From the human T2T-CHM13v2.0 reference genome, Homo sapiens, in the NCBI RefSeq assembly GCF_009914755.1, contig NC_060927.1: a stretch of 64,000 nt of DNA, one strand, 5' to 3'. Numbering within the stretch: position 1 is the first letter of the stretch; every line of letters begins with the position of its first letter. A program made the position numbers and the translations under genes. The notes under the pieces are model-generated. The model was not told the origin of the DNA and ran no database searches. It saw only the letters and a list, made by a program, of their open reading frames with translations. Of this stretch, positions 19,309 to 31,733 are shown one piece after another.

Positions 19309-20325
19309 TTACATTTTGGCATGATTTTGCAGCGGCTGGTACCGGTTGTTCCTTTCCATGTTTAGCGCTTCCTTCAGGAGCTCTTTTAGGGCAGGCCTGG
19401 TGGTGACAAAATCTCTCAGCATTTGCTTGTCTGTAAAGTATTTTATTTCTCCTTCACTTATGAAGCTTAGTTTGGCTGGATATGAAATTCTGGGTTGAAA
19501 ATTCTTTTCTTTAAGAATGTTGAATATTGGCCCCCACTCTCTTCTGGCTTGTAGGGTTTCTGCCAAGAGATCCGCTGTTAGTCTGATGGGCTTCCCTTTG
19601 AGGGTAACCCGACCTTTCTCTCTGGCTGCCCTTAACACTTTTTCCTTCATTTCAACTTTGGTGAATCTGACAATTATGTGTCTTGGAGTTGTTCTTCTCG
19701 AGGAGTATCTTTGTGGCGTTCTCTGTATTTCCTGAATCTGAACGTTGGCCTGCCTTGCTAGATTGGGGAAGTTCTCCTGGATAATATCCTGCAGAGTGTT
19801 TTCCAACTTGGTTCCATTCTCCGCATCACTTTCAGGTACACCAATCAGACGTAGATTTGGTCTTTTCACATAGTCCCATATTTCTTGGAGGCTTTGCTCA
19901 TTTCTTTTTATTCTTTTTTCTCTAAACTTCCCTTCTCGCTTCTTTTCATTCATTTCATCTTCCATCGCTGATGCCCTTTCTTCCAGTTGATCGCATCGGC
20001 TCCTGAGGCTTCTGCATTCTTCACGTAGTTCTCGAGCCTTGGTTTTCAGCTCCATCAGCTCCTTTAAGCACTTCTCTGTATTGGTTATTCTAGTTATACA
20101 TTCTTCTAAATTTTTTTCAAAGTTTTCAACTTCTTTGCCTTTGGTTTGAATGTCCTCCCGTAGCTCAGAGTAATTTGATCGTCTGAAGCCTTCTTCTCTC
20201 AGCTCGTCAAAATCATTCTCCATCCAGCTTTGTTCCGTTGCTGCTGAGGTACTGCGTTCCTTTGGAGGAGGAGAGGCGCTCTGCATTTTAGAGTTTCCAG
20301 TTTTTCTGTTCTGTTTTTTCCCCAT
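19309..20325 (-). CDS. LINE-1 ORF1p, uninterrupted 338 aa
   Basis: Full-length MGKKQNRKTGNSK...QPLQNHAKM in the ORF track, with RRM/CTD motifs (REKG, ARR, YPAKLS) retained. Confidence 0.95.
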   Translation of the reverse strand: MGKKQNRKTGNSKMQSASPPPKERSTSAATEQSWMENDFDELREEGFRRSNYSELREDIQTKGKEVENFEKNLEECITRITNTEKCLKELMELKTKARELREECRSLRSRCDQLEERASAMEDEMNEKKREGKFREKRIKRNEQSLQEIWDYVKRPNLRLIGVPESDAENGTKLENTLQDIIQENFPNLARQANVQIQEIQRTPQRYSSRRTTPRHIIVRFTKVEMKEKVLRAAREKGRVTLKGKPIRLTADLLAETLQARREWGPIFNILKEKNFQPRISYPAKLSFISEGEIKYFTDKQMLRDFVTTRPALKELLKEALNMERNNRYQPLQNHAKM

Positions 20326-20780
20326 CTTTGTGGTTTTATCTACTTTTGGTCTTTGATGATGGTGATGTACAGATGGGTTTTCGGTGTAGATGTCCTTTCT
20401 GTTTGTTAGTTTTCCTTCTAACAGACAGGACCCTCAGCTGCAGGTCTGTTGGAATACCCTGCAGTGTGAGGTGTCACTGTGCCCCTGCTGGGGGGTGCCT
20501 CCCAGTTAGGCTGCTCGGGGTTCAGGGGTCAGGGACCCACTTGAGGAGGCAGTCTGCCCGTTCTCAGATCTCCAGCTGCGTGCTGGGAGAACCACTGCTC
20601 TCTTCAAAGCTGTCAGACAGGGACATTTAAGTGTGCAGAGGTTACTGCTGTCTTTTTGTTTGTCTGTGCCCTGCCCCCAGAGGTGGAGCCTACAGAGGCA
20701 GGCAGGCCTCCTTGAGCTGTGGTGGGCTCCACCCAGTTGGAGCTTCCCGGCTGCTTTGTTTACCTAAGCAAGCCTGGGCA

Positions 20781-20996
20781 ATGGTGGGCGCCCCTCCCCC
20801 AGCCTCGCTGCCGCCTTGCAGTTTGATCTCAGACTGCTGTGCTAGCAATCAGCGAGACTCCGTGGGCGTAGGACCCTCCGAGCCAGGTGTGGGATACAGT
20901 CTCGTGGTGCGCCGTTTTTTAAGCCGGTCTGAAAAGCGCAATATTCGGGTGGGAGTGACCCGATTTTCCAGGTGCGTCCGTCACCCCTTTCTTTGA
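20781..20996 (+). CDS. LINE-1 ORF0 (antisense 5' UTR ORF), intact 71 aa
   Basis: MVGAPPPASLPPCSLISDCCASNQRDSVGVGPSEPGVGYSLVVRRFLSRSEKRNIRVGVTRFSRCVRHPFL forms the tail of track ORF 20631..20996, with ATG at 20781. Confidence 0.85.
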   Translation: MVGAPPPASLPPCSLISDCCASNQRDSVGVGPSEPGVGYSLVVRRFLSRSEKRNIRVGVTRFSRCVRHPFL

Positions 20997-22423
20997 CTCG
21001 GAAAGGGAACTCCCTGACCCCTTGCGCTTCCCAGGTGAGGCAATGCCTCGCCCTGCTTCGGCTTGCGCACGGTGCGCGCACCCACTGGCCTGCGCCCACT
21101 GTCTGGCACTCCCTAGTGAGATGAACCCAGTACCTCAGATGGAAATGCAGAAATCACCCGTCTTCTGCGTCGCTCATGCTGGGAGCTGTAGACCGGAGCT
21201 GTTCCTATTCGGCCATCTTGGCTCCTCCCCCAGATTCATTATTCTTAAACTGAACTCCTATCACACCCTTCCAACCTTTGGCAAACACCTCATTTTTTAT
21301 CTTTATTAGACTAAATTGAAGGAATTCTCCCCCTACCATCTCAGAGTATCCACTTTTTCACCTATCCTTTCCCCTTCTCTCCAACACCACAGAAAGCAGG
21401 GTAAGCCCCATCCTTGCTTTCACCCATCTCCCAACCTCTACCAAGATCTTGTTTGCTCAATCATCCTACAACTCGACATTTCAAGTTTTCCCTTTTCTTT
21501 GGTCCCTTGCTTTATGCCTTCAAAAAAGCAAAGATCTTCTGATATTTTGAAGAATGTATCTTGATCATGCTTCCTCCTTTATCATATTTCTTTCCTTTTT
21601 CTAGTCAAGCTGCCTAAATATGTAGTTCACTTCCATTGCCTCCTCCTTCTTCCCTCAGAAAATATATGCTTCGGCTTCAAATCCTCTACTAAAATAGCCT
21701 TATCAAAGTTCCCTAATGTCCTCCTAATCATCGACTCAAAAGTGAAAGCAACTTCCATGTTAATCTACTCCATTCACTCCCCTCTACAGACAAGGAAGCT
21801 GAGACCTATGAGAGATTATTTTTACCAATTTATAGTGACTCTTGAGGGTTGAAATCTCAACAACCTTCCATCCAGAAGAATAGACTTTTCTTGGTTAAGA
21901 AACGAACAACAACAACAAAAAAAACGTAAATAAAAACTCCAGATTATTTCAGAAATCTCCACAAAAGAAAAAGCACATTTGTCTAAAATAGAAGTCAACG
22001 GGAATATACCAAGAGATCATCCAAAACCCATTCCAATTGTCTTTGGAATATGGCCTTCCTTGCACTTTTTGAATTCCAAAATCTCCAAACCAAATAATAA
22101 AGTTCCACTGTGGAAGCTTTTCAGGAAAGTCAATTTTTTCTCTACTCCTCTATCTGCCATGCACTATAGTACACAGTCTAAATCTGGATTTTAAAAGATC
22201 CTGTACAGAAACCTAGGGAGTATTCAGAGAGGTAGAAAGAGAATCAGGGAAACAAGGAGGAGGAAGTTTTTAGGAGGAGGAAGCAATCAACAGTGCTAAA
22301 AGCTAATTTTTCACATCTTCTCCCCTATACACCTCCACAACATTTTTGGTGATTCTGAATAAGTCCACAGAGTGTTCCTGAATTAGGGTATAATCTCTTC
22401 TACAAAGAAACATGCCCATCACC

Positions 22424-22845
22424 TATGAGGGTTAATGTGCCAACTTGACTGGGCTATGAGGTACCCAGATATTTGGTCAAACATTATTCTGGGCATTTCT
22501 GTGAGGGTGTTTTTTAATGAGATTAACATTTAAGTCATTGGACTGAGTACAGCAGATTGTCTTCCATGTGCAGGTGGGCCCCATCCAATCAGATGAAAGC
22601 CTGAAAAGAATGAAAGACTGACCTCCGAAAAGCAAGAGAGAATTCTCCTGCCAACTGCAACATCACTTCTTCCTGGTTCTATAAGCAGCTTCCAGCCTTC
22701 AGAGTCAAACTAGGATACTGCCTCTGCAGATACTGGACTTGCCAGCCTCCATATACACAGAAGCCTATTACTTATAATAAATTTATTTATACATACATAC
22801 ACACACACATACACACACATAAATTTCTCTGGAGAATCTTAATAC
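22424..22845 (+). mobile_element. MLT2-family (ERVL) solo LTR
   Basis: GTGCCAACTTGACTGGGCTATGAGGTACCCAGATATTTGGTCAAACATTATTCTGGG start and TCTCTGGAGAA...AATACA end. Confidence 0.8.
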
Positions 22846-23057
22846 ACCATCTGAGCATGAAAAAGTACACATTCTTTAGTCTATTTCCTTCAATGTTCAC
22901 CCTTTCAGACTAAATTTTAGAGGCCAACTAATAATCTTAGAGTAAAACATTTGAAATTCTGTTACCCAAGCTTTCTCATCTTGCATAAAGCCCTTTGCAA
23001 CATCCATGTTACCAAAGAGCAAAATGAAGACCAAAAACAAAGAACCTATAAATAATT

Positions 23058-23414
23058 GATATGGTTTGGCTGTGTCTCCACCCAAATCTTACCTAGAATT
23101 GTAATCCCCACGTGTCAAAGGAGGGACCTGGTGGGAGGTGATTGGATCATGGGGGCAGTTTCCCCCATGCTGTTCTCATAGTGAGGGAGTTCTCATGAGA
23201 TCTGATAGTTTTAAAGGTGGCAGTTTCCCCTGCATTCTCTCTCTCTCCTGCTGCTTTGTGAAGAAGGTACTTGCTTTTCCCTCACCTTCCACCATGACTA
23301 TAAGTTTCCTGAGGCCTCCCAAGCAATGTGGAACTGTCAGTCAAATAAACCTTCTTTCTTTATAAATTACCCAGCCTCAGGTAGTATCTTAATAGCAGTG
23401 TGAGAACGAATACA
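23058..23414 (+). mobile_element. MST/THE1-family (MaLR) solo LTR
   Basis: TGATATGGTTTGGCTGTGTCTCCACCCAAATC start, GCAGTGTGAGAACGAATACA end, imperfect 5-bp TSD ATAAT/ATGAT. Confidence 0.88.
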
Positions 23415-23592
23415 ATGATCAACAGGAATTAACAGATAAAAAGATTATTTTCCTTATCATTTCGCCTGATTATTTTGATTGTTAAGTAGTTGGGAAATTT
23501 CATAGGCTTTTTGCTTTATTTATTCCTGTTTTGTCATGCTACTTTCAACTACCATACAAATTGGGAAAAGGCAAGGTACTATAAGGAACGTA

Positions 23593-23629
23593 ACATCTAC
23601 CTTGACATCTACCTTGACATCTACCTTGA
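23593..23629. repeat. 12-bp tandem repeat x3
   Basis: (ACATCTACCTTG)3. Confidence 0.9.
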
Positions 23630-24094
23630 ATTATACTATACCTAGATTACAGATTAAACAATTTAAAACATAAAATCATGTTTTATTTGCTAAGAGTAAG
23701 ATATTTTGATATTTTGAATATGAATTTAATAAAATTAATAATCAGAATGAGTAGAAGCATAATAAACAAAAAAGGGAAAAGAGATGGAAAGACAGATGAA
23801 AAAAGTAGAGAAAGTCATGCAGAGAAGAGTCATCCTATTGGCCTCCTTCTGGGGCGCTGTGAAGTGTCAATTTGTTTTCCTTTCCGTCAGACTCCTATTG
23901 CAGAGCTGAGAAGATTCCCTGCAGGAACCACAGAGTATACCCATGGAACAGGACTCCTTCTGGCAAAGCAGTGTACATGAGGTTACTGAAATTCAGCTGG
24001 GATTCCCCAGCAACCTTCTCACTCCACTGTCTTGTTTAAAAGGAATAAAAAATAGAAATACCACAAGAAGGAGAAAAGTAGGAAAAGATGAGAG

Positions 24095-24548
24095 CGACGG
24101 TTAATTGTATGTGTCAACTTAACTAGAGTAAGGGATATCCGGAAAGTGGGTAAACATTATTTCTGGGTGTATCTCTGAGGGTGTTTCTGGAAGAGATTAG
24201 CATTTTAATTGGTAAGCTGAGTAAAGAAGATGGCTCTTCCTTATGTGAGTGGGCCATTTAGGGCCGAAATAAAAACAAAAGGCAGAGGAAGGGTGAATTA
24301 AACTCTCTTCTGTAGCTGGGACTTCCCTCTTTCTTGCCCTCAGACATAAACTCCCAATTCTCAATCCTCCAGGCCCACTGGACTGGAGCTACACTACTCA
24401 CTTTCTTGGGCCTCCAACTGACCAACAGTAGATCATGGGACTCTCAACTTCCAATGCTGTGTAAGCCAATCCCTCATAATAAATCTCTTTCTACATATCT
24501 ATATATATCTAATGGTTTCCTTTCTCTGGAGAACCATGAATGATATAC
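24095..24548 (+). mobile_element. MLT2-family (ERVL) solo LTR
   Basis: GGTTAATTGTATGTGTCAACTTAACTAG...AAACATTATTTCTGGGTGT start and TTTCTCTGGAGAACC end. Confidence 0.8.
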
Positions 24549-24759
24549 CTTCCCAGGTTAGCAAACACCAAGGATGCTTCTCTAAATACCTGTGTACTCA
24601 AGAATGGCAGCCAAAACAGGACATCTGGCTCTCTTCAGTAAATGTAATTTTAGACTCAAGGAATCATACTAGTTAAAAATGAACTAAGAAGTCATTCAAT
24701 TCATTCCTCCTACTTAGAAGTTACTGAGATAAAAAGCACTTGAAGAAAAAATCATTGCA

Positions 24760-25666
24760 GGTTTCATATGGAAGGATAAGCTTCTAACAAATTAATCCTT
24801 CCACAAATAACAACGTTGGACAACATATGAAAAACAATTACCTGAGGGCTCTGGCAAGTGACCAAAACCGGCCATGTTTGGGAGGGAAGTCTCAACTGTG
24901 GAAGTGACTGGCGTGGGGCAAATTTCAGGGTTTTGCAGCTTTTCCCTGAGGACCATGGTGATCGTGGTGCTGGGCAGCTAAGCTCCCATTAAAAAAATAA
25001 AACATCTAAATGGCCTGTAGAACCAACAGAAGGAACTCAGAAACCAGAGCCCCCGGATAGTGAGGGAAAACCATGGAAAAGAGAGACCAAGAGAAGGAGA
25101 ACATCAAATTCTATATAAAAAGTCTGCCCAAGTTTTAGACCCCTGAAGCACATGTGCATGGGACAGACCAAAATTAGTATAATCTGTGAGAAGAGCCACC
25201 ACCTACTGTGGCCACAGCATGTGGAGGCTGAAACTCCAGTAGAAAAATCTGCCATCCTTCTGTCAGAAGAAACCAGGGCCCAAGGCAACATAGGCTACCA
25301 GAGAGAGAAAGAGGAACCCTGGAAAGAAGAGGGCCACAGAAGGAGAACCCAAAATTTTATAGAAATACTATATAAGTATCTGGCTAACCAAGGAGCCATA
25401 TATGTACAGGCCAGACTCAAGGCGGCCTGAAATTAGATCTGAGTCACCATCTATTGCAGGCATAACAGAGGCTGCAGCTTGAGTCTAACCATGTTAAATG
25501 CCTGCTTACAAAGGAAAATATTCAACATACTTTGGATCAAGATAACAGAAACCAGAATCTTACAACACAGCATTCAAAATGTTGAACATATAATCTAAAA
25601 TTAATCCTCTAAAAAAAGGCTAAGAAAATCTGATTCATTCTCAAAGAAAAAGACAATCAACAGATG
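24760..25666 (+). mobile_element. Probable 5' region of an old L1M element
   Basis: A-rich strand bias and motifs such as AAGAAAATCTGATTCATTCTCAAAGAAAAAGACAATCAACAGATGC. Confidence 0.5.
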
Positions 25667-25681
25667 CTATATAGTGTTCTC

Positions 25682-25782
25682 TGTGTGTGTGTGTGTGTGT
25701 GTGTGTGTATACACACATATATATAGGTATATATTCTTTCCTCTAGCAATATAGTGTACACACACACAGAGAGAGAGAGAGA
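25682..25782. repeat. Compound (TG)n/(CA)n/(GA)n microsatellite
   Basis: Directly visible. Confidence 0.9.
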
Positions 25783-28700
25783 GCGTGAGTGCGAGAGCAC
25801 TAGAAAGAATTACTGGTGGCAAGCTGAGGAATGGCGTTGCAAGGGTCCATTCCCAGGAAGCATAAGATAGAAAAGAAAAGTGAGACACAGGCAACTCAAT
25901 ATCCCAAAAAATACCCTTAAAGACAAGAGATTGCCAGAGATTCTTGGGGACCTCTGAGAAATATGGAGAAACTGGCAAACTATCAGTGATTAGTCTCTCA
26001 AGGCAAATTCAGGAGAAAAAAACTACAAAGGTCTGCTATTCTCAGAATTATTCATTATGGTATTTCCAAACCTTTCGTGAGCTTCCCAAATAAGTTCTAA
26101 ACTATAATTTTACAGGTTTTAGTCAACATATTTGTAATTTATATACCAACCCTCCAAAAAAAGGTGGCTTAGTTTGTGCTCAGAGGTATACTGTTTAGTA
26201 AACTGAAACTAAATTTCCACTTTACCATGCAATCTAGATTTCTAAGATCTGGCTGGCTCATCAACACAAGAAGTAGAAAATGGATACAAATGGCTATAAT
26301 TCGGTCTCAATACAACACCAATAACCTCTCAGTTTTTCACATTTCTCATCTCTTAAATAAAACTCCCATCAACATTTTTTCCCTTCATACATTTCCCCCA
26401 TCCACTTTTATTTTTGCTTTGAAACAGAAATTATAACAAGTGTTTTAAAGATCTATTGAAAATCCATCCCTTTTCTTAAATTTAATTTACTAGCACTTAT
26501 GAGGAATCTCACATGATCTTTAACAACCACGACAGCCTCAACTGATCTCCTCCGGTCCACTTCCAATCCATCCTCCACACTGCTGCTAAAGTCAAATTGC
26601 TAAAAAAGCAAGTTTAAGCAAGTTATTCCTCTATTTAAAACCCTTGGAAGCCTTCCCACTGCTCAACGGATAAAGTCCAAATATCTGGTGCTTGCCTATC
26701 CTTCTGGCCCCATCTCCAGCCTCTGCTCCCCTTAAACCCTACCCTACTCTCCAGTCATGTAGAACTACTTGCGGCTCCCAGGCTATTTTATGCCTCTGTA
26801 ACTCTGCTTACCCATTCTCTTTGCCCAGAAAGGCTAGCTCTCCCATGCCCTCTCCTTTCCCCATTACCTCCTTGCTTCCTGAACTTCTATGGAGTTCTAT
26901 GAAGACTAATCACATCTTGGAGGATAAACAGAAGTTCAGCAAGTCCATCCTTCTAGGCTCACTTCTTCTGCCCCTCATCTTGCAAGACTTCCTTTGGTGA
27001 TGGACTCAGACTGGTTTCTGCAATTTCCTCTTGGAACTTTGGAATAAAAGTGGTTCTATCAACATATTCATTTGTATAAAATGTGATTCCTCACAAAACT
27101 CACACTCCAATGAAAGGCAATCTGCATATACAAACCTCCTCACTTGTTTGGTTATTGCTTTTTTATGTCCCTGGATCCCTTTTTGGTCTCCTCAACTTAA
27201 CTGTAACAAAGAGAAGTAATGTCTTCTAGTGGTGGCCGACACTTAGTTCCTAAATAAGTTTCCCAATGAATTTTGGTAATTGAAAACATAAGGCAAACAG
27301 TATCGATTCTTTTGACAATGTTTATTAGACATCGACTAATAAATGTGGGCCAGGCACTGTGGTAGATTCTGGCGACACAACAGGATACAAAAGAATTTAT
27401 AGACACATATTCATTTATAAAAACAAAGAACTTTGTAACTTAACAACAAAAGATACGTTAGAGACCATGGAGTCCCATCCACCCATTTTACAGTGGACAA
27501 CGTGTGTCTTGCCCAAATTCACTCATCTAGTTAATGGCAAAGATAAGATACAAGAGTTTTCTCATTCAATGTCTCTCTCTTTCCAACCTATTTTACCAGT
27601 CTGAAGGAATCTTGAGTAATAAGATTAAACACTACTTTTGGTTTCAGATACGATATACATCTCAAAGTTTAAAACAATATTAATCTATATGTGAAAAGAG
27701 GCTTGACACTACTTTTACAGAAAGAAAAGCAGCAACATAAAACAAATCTAAAGGGGATGAAATAACAGAAACTCAGCAGTGGAAGCTGAGCTTCATCTAA
27801 GTCAGCAGATGACATCTATTTGCACTCGTTAGCACTGCCTGGCATGTGCTACACCACCCCCTCGGGTAATTTACATTTTTTTAAAGCATGTATTTCTAAA
27901 TTTAGGAAGTTAGGATAATCAGGGTGGAAAAGCCCATCTGTTTGACGTTCACTCCAGCTGCTGCAGATTCTGAAATGAAATTTGAGTATTTTCTTCTGTT
28001 TCATCTTACCCAGTCTGGAATACAATGGCATGACAGAGGCATAAAAAGGTAGCTACAGGCAATGTATCCAATACATATTTTACTCTATCACACAACATCC
28101 CCATTGTACCTAAACAACCCTGCCACAATTACACAAGCACATATACTATTTATACATAGTGCATAAATATATCTGTGTACATTCATGGGACATACACATT
28201 TTTCTTGTGTAGTATTTTATTGAGATGGAAAGACAGAGACAGAAAGGCCCCAAGAAGAGATGATTTTTGACCCTAAAGAAGTTAAAATTAGTTTGAATAA
28301 GACAGAAAAAGTAACTGAAATATTGCTTAGTTTTATTATTTCACTCATGTTATTGGAAGGAGCATCAACATGGATTCTGGCCTAAACTTTGCCACTTACA
28401 TGCTGTGTGGTTTTAAAAAGATCACTTTACCTCTCTAGATTTTTTTATTAAATGACATGCAAGGATAGAAGCAGGAGGAAAGAGTTGAGTATAGAGGAGA
28501 ACCCAGAAGACTGAAAGTATCTTCCAGATCTACAATTCCAGGGCTGTATGACAGCTACATAAAATTTCACAAGGAAGCCACTGTAAGCGGAAGAAATCTT
28601 CACCTTCTGGCTTGGAATTATCAACATTAAACCTTCAGAAGCAAATCAGTAAATACCTATACACCTTTTTATGTATCTAAAAAGTGTATGAGTCATATAC

Positions 28701-30913
28701 AGTATGCTAAATGTCTTTTTAGCAGTACTAAAACAACTTGGAAGTATTTTTAAAATAAACACAGTTCAAACAGAACAATTTTACTTTTCTGAAGTATACA
28801 AATAAGAGACAGACATTATCTAGGATGATGTTTATTACTGCAAACAAACATCACATGTAATTGTTGATAAAGCCCCCAAAACGGAAGTATAAAACTATCT
28901 CCGGAAATAAGCATTTGCTGGGTCCACACATCTTTCCTAAATACCTTCCCTCTGTAAGGCACTGTGGTATAGGAAACATTGGCCAATGATTGTTTCAGAC
29001 AAAATTATTAAAGTTTCGTTACTGCTCTTAGCATTTATTTAGAAATGAAAACAATGCTTGTGCAAGATCTACCTTATTTAACGCAATTAACTGCAGGGGT
29101 GTCAGAGACAGAGACCCTCCAACCCACTACAACCCTGTCACTTCACTAAGGAATCCGTTATAAACCTGGAGGACACGAACTAAACTGAAAGGTTATAAAA
29201 GCTTTAAAAGGTATATTTACCACGACTTAAGGACACCTAAGTACCTAACATAATATTTTTTCTGTATCATGCTATTCTTCACATGCCTCTATTTTAGAGG
29301 TAAGTAAACATTTTAAGAGGCAGGAACTTGAGAAAAAACAATTTAGTACTATCTCATTTTTTGCTGCCTTAGATGTTGTTACAAATGTCTTTAGTCTATT
29401 TTTGCCTCTGCTATATCTTCAGTACCTAGAACATAGCCTAACACAAAGCAGGCACTAGATAAATATTTAGCAAATATGAATAAATGCTAAAAAAAAAAAC
29501 TGTTTTATAATGTTAAGAGCTGGGGGAAAGGAAAAGTTAGAAACTCCTATTCACTAAGCACCTGGTGCCTGACGTCCATCACTTCATCTAGTCTAGCCAC
29601 TTGGTGCGGGTAGGCATTACCTGTCCCACTTTCCATGAGAGAAAAACGATTCAAAGGTTAAACAATACTCTGACCAACCAGAAGAAAACATGAACCATCT
29701 AGTCTAACCACTGAACGGGGGTGCAGGTGCAAAACTCATCTGAAAGAGTGAGGGAGGACATAAAGAGAAAGCCAGTCTGAGTAGACCAGGCAGAAAGGCT
29801 GAGCTAGGAAGGTTAGGGATTGAGTAAGAGGCAGCATGGGAAAAGAACAGCCACAAACACAAAGGTGTAACTGGCTGGGCCAGAGCCAGGAAGGAGGCAC
29901 AAAGGGTGTCACGCTGGGCTGCGGGGCACAGAAAAGAAGGGAGAGAGGTGTGGCAGCCCCCAGGAGCGAGGCTGTAAGGGTCCTGGGAGCTGGGAAGCTG
30001 GGGAAGCCAGGTGGCATATGGCATGTGTTCAAAGGTTCTCAAAGTAAAAACTGCCCAGAAATATGTCGATTCCAGCAAATAACAGCATGAACATGAATGA
30101 CAAAGATGATGGTCATTTATGGTAATTTATTATTCATGCTGTCATTCCTAATTCTTTTAAAAAAAATCTTTAGAAATCTAAGAGGAAAAGCCAATTTTCA
30201 CCAGAAGGAAGAGAACATTGTAAATATAGGATTATTGACTATGCAAGAAAATATTTAGAATGCTGAAGCAAATAGTTCAATGTGTACAGATTATATGCAC
30301 AACAGAGCTTCAAATGAGTTACCATAGCTACCAAAGGATAATTAATTTTGAGGAAACAAAAGAAAAGACATATCATTAGGGGCAGTTTTCAAAGAGCTGA
30401 AATGATAAACGTGGCATCCAAATTTAACCCACGTTACTTCCTAACAGGAACTAGCAACGCTCCTTTCCACACGACTATTTCTAACATTATCTCCCACCCT
30501 CCTCCCTCCCCAGTCTTGTGTACCAGGCCACCTCTGTGCTAGTCTAAATCCCACTCAGATCCTGCAAGACTCACTTATAGTTCCTACCTGTTCCATAAAG
30601 TGTCTGACTCTGGTTGTACTTCTAACCTGACAATACAATTATCATGTATTGTTTATGAAATAAACATGTATTAAGCACTGGCTAAGAAAGGAAGAAGATT
30701 AAACAAATAGGTAAGTACATAAATTACAGTAAACAGATATGGGCTAAAGCATGAGCAAAGTTAAATGGACGCAGGACCAAAAAAAAAAAAAAAAAAAGCC
30801 AACTATGGAGCCAACTTCACTTGGGAGGTGATATCCAAGCTGGGTACTAAAGCATAAGCATTATTTTCCAAGCCCAGAAAAAAGAAGAGTAAGCGAAATT
30901 GGAAGGTGAAATA

Positions 30914-31255
30914 CAGTCACGTTTCACTTAATGACAGGGATACCTTCTGAGAAATGTATCATTGGTGATTTCATCATTGTGTGAACATCATTGAGTGTAC
31001 TTACACAAAACTAGATGGTATACAGCCTACTACACATCTGAACTATATGGTGGAGCATCTACACTACAAACCTGTAGAGCATATCACTGTACTGAATAGA
31101 GTAGGCAATTATAACATGATGGTAAATATGTGTATCTAAACATATTTAACACAGAAAAGGTACAGAGAATATACGGTGTTATAATCTTATAGGACCACAG
31201 TCATTGTATGTGTGGTCCATTGTTAACCAAAACATCATCATGCAGCTCCCAACTG
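30914..31255 (+). mobile_element. Tigger3a-like TcMar DNA transposon MITE
   Basis: CAGTCAC...ACTG termini, TA on both sides, internal TTCTGAGAAATGTATCATTGGTGATTTCATCATTGTGTGAACATCAT motif, 342 bp. Confidence 0.85.
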
Positions 31256-31433
31256 TAACTGTATTTTCCTCTTCTCTGTTTCTTAAACCAGGAAGATGAG
31301 TTTTGGAAACCAAAGGAATTGAGCCATGTGATCTTATTTAATCTTTCTGATCATTTTTCTTGTTTATAAAATGAAAACAATGCCAGGTTGTGGTAAAAAT
31401 TAATTATATAATGCACACTGAAAGACTAGTTAG

Positions 31434-31733
<300 letters not shown>

